In this document: in pieces, positions 28,426 to 37,049 of the stretch
How positions within the stretch are numbered: the stretch's first letter is position 1
Layout: every line of letters starts with the position of its first letter
DNA from: Gammaproteobacteria bacterium
GTDB taxonomy: Bacteria > Pseudomonadota > Gammaproteobacteria > Arenicellales > Poriferihabitantaceae
Assembly (NCBI GenBank): GCA_012103395.1
Contig: WLWV01000002.1
Location: forward strand, 1 to 41,325
Direction: 5' to 3'
Length of the DNA: 41,325 nucleotides
Translations under genes and position numbers: made by a program
The notes under the pieces: model-generated
The model's database searches: none
The model's input: the letters and a program-made list of their open reading frames with translations, nothing else
What the model was told of the DNA's origin: nothing

Positions 28426-29160
28426 ATGTACTTTAATAAGCATATTACGGTGATCATTCCCGCCTTGAACGAGGCGGCGGCAATTGGTTTGGTGATTGCG
28501 GATGTTCCAGACTGTGTTGATCATATTATTGTCGTGGATAACGGGTCTTTTGATGACACGGCAGGTATTGCGAAATCCCATGGTGCAACCGTTATCGTTG
28601 AACATCGAAAGGGTTATGGCGCGGCATGTATCGCCGGTTTAAAGGGCATAGTCAGCACCGATCTCATTGGTTTCATAGATGGTGATTATAGTGATTACCC
28701 GGGAGAGCTTACGCAAGTAATTACACCGGTGGCTCGGGGAGAAGCCGATTTGAGTATTGGGTGTCGACACAATCGGGATCAAAAAACTCCCTCAGGATTA
28801 TATTGGCATCAACGCCTTGGAAACTGGTTAGCGTGTGGTTTTGTTCGTTATGCCTACGGTTATCAGGTCACAGATTTTGGCCCCATGCGCTGTCTGAGAT
28901 GGGATGCTCTTGAGCGTTTAAATATGTGTGATCAGGATTATGGATGGACAGCAGAAATGCAAATTAAAGCCATCAAAAATGGATTCAGAATCTTAGAGGT
29001 CCCCGTGAATTACCGGCCACGGATAGGTGAGTCGAAAATCTCGGGAACCCTGAAGGGCTCCATCTTTGCGGGTTATAAGATTTTTTATTGGGCTATTCGA
29101 CTACTGTTTTCGACACAAAATCCACTATCAAATAACGAACGGTTGAAAGCCGCCCCGTAG
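28426..29160 (+). CDS. Soluble GT2 glycosyltransferase (DPM1/Ppm-catalytic-domain-like)
   Basis: 244 aa. 'ITVIIPALNEAAAI', 'VVDNGSFDDT' and 'DGDYSD' (DxD). No C-terminal TM pair. Confidence 0.85.
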   Translation: MYFNKHITVIIPALNEAAAIGLVIADVPDCVDHIIVVDNGSFDDTAGIAKSHGATVIVEHRKGYGAACIAGLKGIVSTDLIGFIDGDYSDYPGELTQVITPVARGEADLSIGCRHNRDQKTPSGLYWHQRLGNWLACGFVRYAYGYQVTDFGPMRCLRWDALERLNMCDQDYGWTAEMQIKAIKNGFRILEVPVNYRPRIGESKISGTLKGSIFAGYKIFYWAIRLLFSTQNPLSNNERLKAAP

Positions 29161-29171
29161 CCTCTTTATCC

Positions 29172-30506
29172 CTAAGGCTGCTGGGTATTGATAGGCTCAC
29201 GAGCCCAGAAAAGCCGCCATCTATCCAGCGTAAATGCAAAGATAATGAGTCCATATTCGAGTAGAGTCGCCCAATGAGCTACTTCATATGCCTGAAGGTT
29301 AGAATGAGCCATATTCAATCCAGTGAGATACGACAATGATGCTGTGGTTGCTATCGTCCAGGTCCAATAGCTCGGATGAATGACAGCAAAGGGTAGCAAC
29401 CAAATTAGATACCAAGGATTGAAAACAGGGGACAGAGCAAAGAACACACCAAATAACCAGTCACCTCTAAATACCGTGTTATGGGTTGATTCCATTGAGC
29501 CAGTTTGCCTAGTGATACGCCGATGAAACCAGTACAAATAGCCCGTCCAAAGTGTGGCAAAAATACCGAGACAAACTAATCGACTGTTCGAATCTGATAA
29601 GAACAGTTTGGCAATGGAGAAGATAGAAGCGTTGAATGTCCAACTCTGGGCGAAGCTGCTCAGCACAAACAGGTCAGTTTGGTGATGCAGTAGAAAAGGA
29701 AGATAAAGTAACGCGAAAACCAAAACGGTTATCAGCCAGTATTTGACGCCGAGTCCAAAAATAAGAAATGGCACAACGATCACCGCGAATACTTTAGCGG
29801 CTAGTGCAAGACCGGAAAAGAGCGCGGTCAAAAAAAAGTGGCGTGATCTCAGGGAAACGAGTGCCACAAAGACGAAAAATACGCCCACGATATCTGGGTG
29901 TGCGGTAAATGTGATCTCTTTTATCACTAATGGACACCAGGCATACAGCATCACGTTATTCGTGTTTGATAGGCGTAACAAACAAAGGATCAATCCCATA
30001 TCAAATAGCGAAAAGATAATTTGTAATACGGTGATATTCGCTGGGCTGATCCAACTCCCCAATGCAAAAAGGTACTGTAAAACTGGGCCGTAAATAGTGG
30101 GTATGTCAGGGTGGTTTACCCAAGTTAGTATGTCTTGGCATTCCGCTGAAAGCTGATTTGTTGCGAATAGGGTTTGCGGTGCTATTCCGTAGGGAGTTCC
30201 ATGCTCAATAAATACACATCCATCTGTTAAGTAACGAAAAAAGTCATCTTCAAGTATTGGAGAGCCAAACACGCCGATCACTCTGAATATCATCGCCCAG
30301 AGAATAAGGCAAAATAGGCTGAGGGTTTGATTGGTTTTGTGAAGGTAAAACCAGTATCCAAATATTGCCAAAGCAATCAACCAATGGATTTGCAGAAAAA
30401 AAACCACATTAATCCCAGAGTCTTCATTGGAAAGAAACTGCAGCGCTAGGTAAAAAGCAGCGCAGCAAGCCCCAATGAACCACTCGTGATGTCTTGGAAT
30501 TATCAT
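29172..30506 (-). CDS. Polytopic membrane protein, GT-C-like glycosyltransferase (DUF2029/PimE-like)
   Basis: 444 aa with 10 or more hydrophobic helices. An acidic 'SPILEDDFFRY' motif sits in the first predicted periplasmic loop, as in GT-C enzymes. It converges on the GT2 gene with an 11-nt gap. Confidence 0.55.
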   Translation of the reverse strand: MIIPRHHEWFIGACCAAFYLALQFLSNEDSGINVVFFLQIHWLIALAIFGYWFYLHKTNQTLSLFCLILWAMIFRVIGVFGSPILEDDFFRYLTDGCVFIEHGTPYGIAPQTLFATNQLSAECQDILTWVNHPDIPTIYGPVLQYLFALGSWISPANITVLQIIFSLFDMGLILCLLRLSNTNNVMLYAWCPLVIKEITFTAHPDIVGVFFVFVALVSLRSRHFFLTALFSGLALAAKVFAVIVVPFLIFGLGVKYWLITVLVFALLYLPFLLHHQTDLFVLSSFAQSWTFNASIFSIAKLFLSDSNSRLVCLGIFATLWTGYLYWFHRRITRQTGSMESTHNTVFRGDWLFGVFFALSPVFNPWYLIWLLPFAVIHPSYWTWTIATTASLSYLTGLNMAHSNLQAYEVAHWATLLEYGLIIFAFTLDRWRLFWAREPINTQQP

Positions 30507-30856
30507 TCTCCCAATAGCATCTCGTTTCGAGAGAGAGTTTTGCGTGATGAGCTAGGGTCCAGTGTTTGATGTCGTATCGAACTATTTGGCTTTTTCATAC
30601 TCGTAGAATCTGAAGACAATATTAAGGAGTCTGTGAACAAGTCACAATCGATCAATTTGAGTTCAAAATAGTGGGTCTCTTTGTTATCGGTGCCCAAAAA
30701 AATAGAGGCAGGCTTCTCAATACTCCTACCCCTAGTAGATATTGAGGGAATGTATTTTGCGTCTAGATTTGCCGATTTTGGCTCTCAGCTTGCTTCCCCC
30801 TGACTTATGCAGAGGTTCCTTGAGAACCCCGAAAGACCAAACACCGAGGATCGATC

Positions 30857-31150
30857 ATGAAACCTGTCAAACTATTACTAGCCACTTCGATACTAATGTT
30901 CTCAACTCTGGGGTTTGCGTCCGGAGGTTTGGGCACGAATACAGACAGTGACTATAACATCGGCAAAAACGCATTTAAGCATAAGTTGTATTGTCAGACG
31001 TGCCCTTTAGAAAAAAAGCAACTTGACAGTGAGGTGGTGGGCGAAATTCTCGATTCACTGTCCACCCAAGGAGAGCTTGCTTCAACACTCACTGACAAGG
31101 AAAGACTGGCAGTGATCCACTTTCTTAAAAAGCGTTTTAATATACTGTGA
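30857..31150 (+). CDS. Small secreted protein, cytochrome-c-like with a degenerate CxxC-P motif
   Basis: 97 aa. Signal peptide 'MKPVKLLLATSILMFSTLGFA'. 'GKNAFKHKLYCQTCP' resembles a c-type haem site, but Pro replaces the His. Confidence 0.5.
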   Translation: MKPVKLLLATSILMFSTLGFASGGLGTNTDSDYNIGKNAFKHKLYCQTCPLEKKQLDSEVVGEILDSLSTQGELASTLTDKERLAVIHFLKKRFNIL

Positions 31151-31283
31151 TTACCGACGCGACGGGCTTTTCTAATTGATCTTCGGCCGTTAAGAACTGC
31201 TAGCGGCCGATAGCCCAGGCTTGCCGTTCTCAGCGATCAGTTTCAGGTGCCACTTTCAGGCGATTGCTAGACTAGGTCTGTGA

Positions 31284-32522
31284 TCAGCTAAAGCGTTTCG
31301 CCACCGGGCCAATGGTAAGTCCTTGTACCACTATCGAGAAGATGACAATGATATAAGTCATGACAAGGAACGTGTCTCTTTCTATTCCGTGAGGCAGACT
31401 CAGTGCCAATGCTACCGAGATACCTCCTCGAATTCCTCCCCATGCTAGGATCTTAATCACGTGGGGGCTATATTGGATTGAGGTGGTGGCCTTTAACAGC
31501 GTAATTGGAATACCCACACTGAAGAATCTCGCAATTACAATGAGTGGAATGGCGAGCAAGCCGGCGACGAGATAAGACAGCTCGAATTGAAGAATCATGA
31601 CCTCAAGGCCAATCAGGAGGAATAGGACGACATTCAATATCTCATCTAACAGTTCCCAAAAATCATCCAGTCGCGCGCGAGTATTATCTGACATTGCGTG
31701 AGCTCGGCCATGATTTCCGATCATCAACCCAGCGACCACCACCGCAATGGGTCCCGAGGTGTGCAATTTTAATGCAAGAGAATATCCCCCCATCACTAAC
31801 GCTAAGGTTATCAGTGCTTCAACCTGATAGTTGTCGACGCTTTTGAGTAGGTAAATCCCAAGGAAGCCAAGAACGAGGCCAAACAAAACACCACCGATCG
31901 CTTCTTCGGCAAAAATTGTGACCGCACCCATATAAGACAACTGCTCTGGTTGTTGAATGATGCCGAGAATGACCACGAATACAACCACTCCAACACCGTC
32001 GTTAAACAGAGATTCCCCTGCTATCTTTGTTTCAAGGCTTTTAGCAATGCCAATTTTTTTCAAAGTTGACATCACGGCAATGGGATCGGTGGGAGAGATT
32101 AATGCTCCGAATAACAAACAATACGTGAAGGAGAAGTTGAACCCAAGTACAGACAACAGAAGGGACGTGATGTAACCAATGATGAATGTTGAGAGCAATA
32201 CGCCGGCAGTTGCGAGAATGCCGATTGTCCATTGCATTTTTGCTAAATCTTTGGTGCTTACATGCAAAGCGCCGGCAAAGAGTAAAAAACTCAACATACC
32301 GTTCATCAATGCAGCATTAAAATCGATACTGGATAGCAGGTTATTCGCATAAGTGTCAATTATTGTGACACCCAAGGCGCGTAAGGCGACTAAAGCGAGG
32401 GAGATAAACAAGGCGATAAGCATGACGCCGATGGTTGTCGGTAAACCGATAAACCGAAAATTAATGTAAGCGAATGCCGCTGACAAGGTTAGGATAATGG
32501 AGATAAGATTGATGAGATCCAT
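31284..32522 (-). CDS. Cation:proton antiporter (CPA1, NhaP-type Na+/H+ exchanger)
   Basis: 412 aa and highly hydrophobic. 'FGALISPTDPIAV' and 'GESLFNDGVGVV' are CPA1 hallmarks. Confidence 0.9.
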   Translation of the reverse strand: MDLINLISIILTLSAAFAYINFRFIGLPTTIGVMLIALFISLALVALRALGVTIIDTYANNLLSSIDFNAALMNGMLSFLLFAGALHVSTKDLAKMQWTIGILATAGVLLSTFIIGYITSLLLSVLGFNFSFTYCLLFGALISPTDPIAVMSTLKKIGIAKSLETKIAGESLFNDGVGVVVFVVILGIIQQPEQLSYMGAVTIFAEEAIGGVLFGLVLGFLGIYLLKSVDNYQVEALITLALVMGGYSLALKLHTSGPIAVVVAGLMIGNHGRAHAMSDNTRARLDDFWELLDEILNVVLFLLIGLEVMILQFELSYLVAGLLAIPLIVIARFFSVGIPITLLKATTSIQYSPHVIKILAWGGIRGGISVALALSLPHGIERDTFLVMTYIIVIFSIVVQGLTIGPVAKRFS

Positions 32523-32689
32523 GAGCGAGTAGTTCGATCTGCGGTTGAGTTTTGGAGTGTGTCTATTTTATTCTTTTTCAGGATTGTTGGGTGGATGATG
32601 TGCGGATGATTTATCCATTCCAAGAGCGAGAATGGGTGGCGGGTTTTAGGGTATATATGACCGATCTTTGTGACTAAGTTGATTTTGAT

Positions 32690-32728
32690 CTCAGTACGGC
32701 TCATCATATTGTGATGGGTCGTACTGAG
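32690..32728. other. Long imperfect hairpin between the GFA and antiporter genes
   Basis: CTCAGTACG...CGTACTGAG (9 bp) encloses CTCATCA/TGATGGG (7 bp including one G-T pair), with loop TATTG. No U-tract on either strand. Confidence 0.5.
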
Positions 32729-32878
32729 GTCAGCTGGCGTCCGTAGGGATAAAAAACAACAGCCACGATAGGAAAACCTTGTGACTATTTAGCAAGATGC
32801 GTGATCGTAGTACTGGGTAAGTGACAGCTAACCGTGAATTGAAGTTGCTAGGGTGGTTTCGATCATTGGATAGCCCCG

Positions 32879-33301
32879 TTATTTTGGGGGTGGCATCCGT
32901 TCAAAATTAGGAACTTCCGTTGACGTGATGTCCCAAGCATGGCGGTTTTTTGTGTAAACCACTACCTGGGGGGAAAACCAGCTATTGTCCTCGAAAATGC
33001 CAACAGGGATATTTACCATTCCGGGGCGTCCAGAATTTGTTCCATGGGCGCGATTACCACAAGTGGGACAAAAGCGTCGAACCAGTTGATTCCCAGCATC
33101 ACTAGTGACGGTATACTCGCCAAAGTTGCCACTGATAATCACATCGTCCTCGCGGAAAAAGGCGTTTGACATATGACCGGTTCCAGACGCCTTCTGACAA
33201 TCGGTGCAATGGCATTGAGCCGAGAGTGCTGGATTGCCGGTCACTGTGTATTTGATGTTGCCGCACTGGCATTCACCCTTTGCAAAAGTTTCCTGTGTCA
33301 T
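32879..33301 (-). CDS. GFA/CENP-V family Zn-binding protein
   Basis: Trimmed to the ATG at 33301 ('MTQETFAKGECQCGNIKY'). 'CHCTDCQKASG' and 'FCPTCG' are the GFA cysteine motifs. Confidence 0.85.
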   Translation of the reverse strand: MTQETFAKGECQCGNIKYTVTGNPALSAQCHCTDCQKASGTGHMSNAFFREDDVIISGNFGEYTVTSDAGNQLVRRFCPTCGNRAHGTNSGRPGMVNIPVGIFEDNSWFSPQVVVYTKNRHAWDITSTEVPNFERMPPPK

Positions 33302-33841
33302 TTCGATTTTTCGATACTCGTTGTTTGGGAACCAGAGATTTTGACAGCAATGGGTGACCAAAGCTATGGATGATCGAAGCTCTACCACGGGCCTCAATGC
33401 TCGGATAGAGGTATTTTCGTTAAATCCAGATCAAGAAATTGATGAACAGGTTGTTATCGAGCAAGCTTAGTCTAAAGCCATTAGACAGATGGTAGCGTTG
33501 CTATAGGGTTTGGCGATAGCCCAGCCTTTGCTATTCTGACCTATATTAAGTCTGATCTTCATTAGCTTTTCTTTAATTTGGTATTGTGGATACGTGCTTT
33601 GTTTGTAAATTCCGGCTATCTTCAATCCCAACTTAGTTTATCCAAACTCAAGCGAAGGCGTCAGAGTAATATGGGGTGTGGGTCATGTTAGAATTAGCAT
33701 GGTGAGGTACTAAATACTGGCCGCGTCATCTTGTGTGCCTAACGGTGACTCCAGAACCCATCGGCTAGTAATATACCCCAGCAATCCTGATTCCCCGTGT
33801 CTAATTGATCTCCAAATTTCCCAACCAACCAAACAACCCTT

Positions 33842-34159
33842 ATGAATTCTGAATCCGGCCCGGAGTTTTTATTTTCAAACGTTGGTGCTCCCTTTCTAAT
33901 AGGCGCCGCGGTGGGTTTCTTTGCCAAAAAAGCGATGAAATTAGTTTTGTTCTTCGGGGGATTAGCGATTGTTTTGCTATTTTTTATGGAAAGCCAAGGC
34001 ATCACGGCAGTTGATAATGAAGGATTAAAAGACGGCGCATCAATGGTTGCAGCGAAAATGAGAGAATTTGGGAACTTCCTCACGCAACGCTTGGACAACA
34101 TTACAGGTAAGGGGGTAAGTGCCGCGGTGGGTTTTGTCGCTGGATTCAAAATGGGGTAG
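33842..34159 (+). CDS. FUN14-family small membrane protein
   Basis: 105 aa. 'GAAVGFFAKKAMKLVLFFGGLAIVLLFF' and the C-terminal 'GVSAAVGFVAGFKMG' glycine-zipper helices resemble FUN14. Confidence 0.55.
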   Translation: MNSESGPEFLFSNVGAPFLIGAAVGFFAKKAMKLVLFFGGLAIVLLFFMESQGITAVDNEGLKDGASMVAAKMREFGNFLTQRLDNITGKGVSAAVGFVAGFKMG

Positions 34160-34241
34160 ACTTTCGGTATGACGTTCATGGTCATTCTCGGTTTGTCGGG
34201 CTTCTCTGATACACGGATAATAATAACTGAAAGATGGTCAT

Positions 34242-35975
34242 ATGAGTTTATACAACAAGGCGAAAATACACTTTATCGAAAGCCATCAGCATCCTATTAA
34301 CCAAGGATTGCATCACATCGTCAATATTCTGGCGATCATTGGTATTGCGTATATCTTTGTGAATATATGGGTTAGTGTTATGTGTTTGATTTTGACCCAA
34401 GTGCTGGCTATCGGTGGACATTGGATATTCGAAAAGAACAAACCGGCATTTATCGAATATCCGGGTATTGTGATTCTTGTTTCATTGATGTGGTCTTTTG
34501 ATCGCTGGTTTGGATTAAAGGACCTGATGCAAAGATATATTCTTAAAAAAACTAACGTATTTGGAGCGAACTATTTCAATATGTACAACGGATTAACTGT
34601 AATTGATGCTGATGCACATAAGCTTGAAAACCCTGCTGTCTTTTTCGATTTTATCGAGCCAAAATACAGAGACAGAGTAGGCCTGATTGTTGATAGTTTG
34701 GGCGACCAACGTGTTCGTATTGCTGACTATAATCCCGAGACCGGGAAAAATGATTTGGAACGAATCTTTCCTCAAGCGAAAGGCCTTGGAAAGGGCGGGT
34801 TTCGTAGCTTGCATCCAGAAACCACCTTAGGTGCTATTTTTAACCGGGAACGTATCCGGCAAATGGATGATGAGGGCGTTGATGTACATGTCTTGTTTGG
34901 TACTTTTAATTTGACGCTTTCCTGTCTGATCGACGTGGATATGGCGATCTCTTTGTGTCGAGCCTACAACGATTACATTTCTGCCGATTGCCAAGGGTTC
35001 GAAGGCAGAATTAAACCCGTTGGTGTTATCCCTCTCCAGGATGTAGATTTCGCCGTGACTGAGATGCGCCGCTGCGTTGAAGAGCTTGGGATGGTGAGTG
35101 TTAGTTGCTCCCCCAGCATGCCCATTCCTCACCCCAAAGCACCGGACGCTTTTCCAGAAATTCGAACCGCTAAATCCATCAGCCACCCAGACTTTCGCCC
35201 TATTCTTAAAACTGCGGTTGAGTTGGACATTGCACTGAGCCTTCATGGAGGACCGGGTTCAAACCTAATGGGTGGTATTTCTGATCATATGGATACCTTT
35301 GTGCTGACCCATATTTTCGTGCAGAGGAATCAGCAACAACACGCCATGACGAGAATGATTTTTGATGGTGCGTTCGAAGAGTTTCCCACCCTACGCGTCG
35401 GATTTATGGAAGGTGGTTGCGGTTGGCTGCCAGATCTCGCGCATTCCTGCCACGAGCATTGGGAAAAACGAATACGTGATTTTGATCCACAAAACCCGTA
35501 CCGCCCTGGTTGGGCCGAATGTACGAAGCTATTATTGGAAGAGCAGGGTGGTAAAGCCCTGTTAGGAAATGCTCGGTCGATATTTGATTTGTTGTGGACG
35601 CGCTCCAAAGATCCTAAAAAAATAGATGATCAAAGCCTATATGAGCACTATGACTTACGTCACCGTGATCCTATGGAATACTTTGAACGTGGACAGATAT
35701 TCTTGTCTTTCGAACCAGATGATCCTGCGCCATTGTATTTACCCACGGCGATGGGAGATATTGGTAAAAAGCTGGTTTGCTTTTCCGCCGATTATGGCCA
35801 TTGGGATGGTATGCATACTGGGTGCGTGGACTATGTGGCGAGTAACCCAGATTATGATCGAGACCATCTGGAAGCGCTACTATCTGGAAATTCTTTGGCG
35901 CTCTATGGTGATCGATTGAGGAATTCGATGCCGTTGCAGTCGAGCTTGTCAGAACCCTTAAGAAAGTCCACTTAG
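34242..35975 (+). CDS. Fusion protein: N-terminal DUF962/Mpo1-like membrane domain plus C-terminal amidohydrolase_2 (ACMSD/LigW-like) domain
   Basis: 577 aa. The N-terminal 100 aa or so carry 'HQHPINQGLHH' and 'GGHWIFEKNKPA' between hydrophobic helices. The remainder has 'VIDADAHK', 'RQMDDEGVDVHVLF', 'ALSLHGG', 'FMEGGCGW' and 'FSADYGHWD'. Confidence 0.75.
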   Translation: MSLYNKAKIHFIESHQHPINQGLHHIVNILAIIGIAYIFVNIWVSVMCLILTQVLAIGGHWIFEKNKPAFIEYPGIVILVSLMWSFDRWFGLKDLMQRYILKKTNVFGANYFNMYNGLTVIDADAHKLENPAVFFDFIEPKYRDRVGLIVDSLGDQRVRIADYNPETGKNDLERIFPQAKGLGKGGFRSLHPETTLGAIFNRERIRQMDDEGVDVHVLFGTFNLTLSCLIDVDMAISLCRAYNDYISADCQGFEGRIKPVGVIPLQDVDFAVTEMRRCVEELGMVSVSCSPSMPIPHPKAPDAFPEIRTAKSISHPDFRPILKTAVELDIALSLHGGPGSNLMGGISDHMDTFVLTHIFVQRNQQQHAMTRMIFDGAFEEFPTLRVGFMEGGCGWLPDLAHSCHEHWEKRIRDFDPQNPYRPGWAECTKLLLEEQGGKALLGNARSIFDLLWTRSKDPKKIDDQSLYEHYDLRHRDPMEYFERGQIFLSFEPDDPAPLYLPTAMGDIGKKLVCFSADYGHWDGMHTGCVDYVASNPDYDRDHLEALLSGNSLALYGDRLRNSMPLQSSLSEPLRKST

Positions 35976-35984
35976 TTTACGGAG

Positions 35985-37049
35985 ATGGGCAAGCCTTCGG
36001 CGTTTTCTGAACAACCAGCACTCGCTATCAAAGAAGGTAGAAACGAAGTCCGGCAACAAGGTATCAATCCAGACTTTTGGTATCCCGTTGGCTGGGCGGA
36101 TGATTACAAACCCGGGCGAATTCATGGTGTTGAGATATGGCTGCATCGTATTGCGGTATATCGGGATCGTTCGGGTAAGCTGGGTGCGTTGGAGAATGCC
36201 TGCTTGCATAAAGGTGTGGAACTTCACAAAGGAACGGTGGAGCAGAATTGCGTCACTTGCCCTTATCACGGTTGGCAGTTCAACGCTAGCGGTGAATGTA
36301 TCCGTATTCCCTATTTGCCGGAGGGGCAGCCGTGTCCAGCTTCAACCATCCGCTCTTTCCCGGTTAAGGAGAAATATGGAATCATCTGGGTTTTCCCAGG
36401 TGATGTGAACAAAGCGAAAGCGGTTTCTCTACCTGAAGTAAAGGAATATGATAATTCCGACTATTTGATGATAAAAATACCGGGTCGCTTTTTTGCGCAT
36501 TTTTCAATTTGTAACGAAAACGCCATGGACGTGTTCCACGGTCATTTACACACAGGCCTAGAAGGCTGGTTCAATCCAATATTGGTCAAGCTCGATCGTC
36601 AGGATGATCGAATAACTGCTGAATATCAGGTTTCTTACAAGGGACGAATGGCTAAGTTTCTGGGTTTGGCTGAAACCGCAACCAAGGTGGAGCATCGGTG
36701 TATGGACATTGAATATCACTATCCTCATTACCGAAGCACAATGAGTACGCTTTCTTCCTTTTACTTACTGTGCCAACCCATTGGTCCCAAAGAAACTCGC
36801 TCTTATTCCCTGTTGTTTTTGAAGCCGAATTTACCACAATGGATATGGCTTCCTGTTCGTGGGCTTTTTTCGATGCTATTGCGGAAACGGTTTAAGCGAT
36901 TTCAGGATCAGGATAAAGAGATGATGGAGAGTGAGCAACCTAATTACGATACTGATCCAACAGCGAATCGAGTCGAATTTAACCCTGCTATCGTGGCCTT
37001 ACGTCAGCTTATGGCTAAGCAGGCTGATCTGTCAGACGGCTCTAAGTGA
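35985..37049 (+). CDS. Rieske [2Fe-2S] non-haem-iron oxygenase (PaO/VanA-like), copy 1
   Basis: 354 aa. 'CLHKGVELHKG...CPYHGWQF' forms a CxH-N16-CxxH motif. 'NENAMDVFHGHLH' is the mononuclear-iron motif. Confidence 0.85.
   Translation: MGKPSAFSEQPALAIKEGRNEVRQQGINPDFWYPVGWADDYKPGRIHGVEIWLHRIAVYRDRSGKLGALENACLHKGVELHKGTVEQNCVTCPYHGWQFNASGECIRIPYLPEGQPCPASTIRSFPVKEKYGIIWVFPGDVNKAKAVSLPEVKEYDNSDYLMIKIPGRFFAHFSICNENAMDVFHGHLHTGLEGWFNPILVKLDRQDDRITAEYQVSYKGRMAKFLGLAETATKVEHRCMDIEYHYPHYRSTMSTLSSFYLLCQPIGPKETRSYSLLFLKPNLPQWIWLPVRGLFSMLLRKRFKRFQDQDKEMMESEQPNYDTDPTANRVEFNPAIVALRQLMAKQADLSDGSK

Noticed and set aside
30716-30746. A 7-bp inverted repeat, CTCAATA-N17-TATTGAG, upstream of the small secreted protein gene. 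There are also several 4-6-bp palindromes in other intergenic regions, e.g. GCGCGA-T-TCGCGC at about 14740-14752.
   Set aside because: The arms are short enough to occur by chance in AT-moderate intergenic DNA, and I found no second copy or clear positional logic.
33302-33397. A 32-codon N-terminal extension of the GFA-family ORF.
   Set aside because: GFA-domain homology begins right after the internal ATG at 33301 ('MTQETFAKGECQCG'). The extension has no family features.
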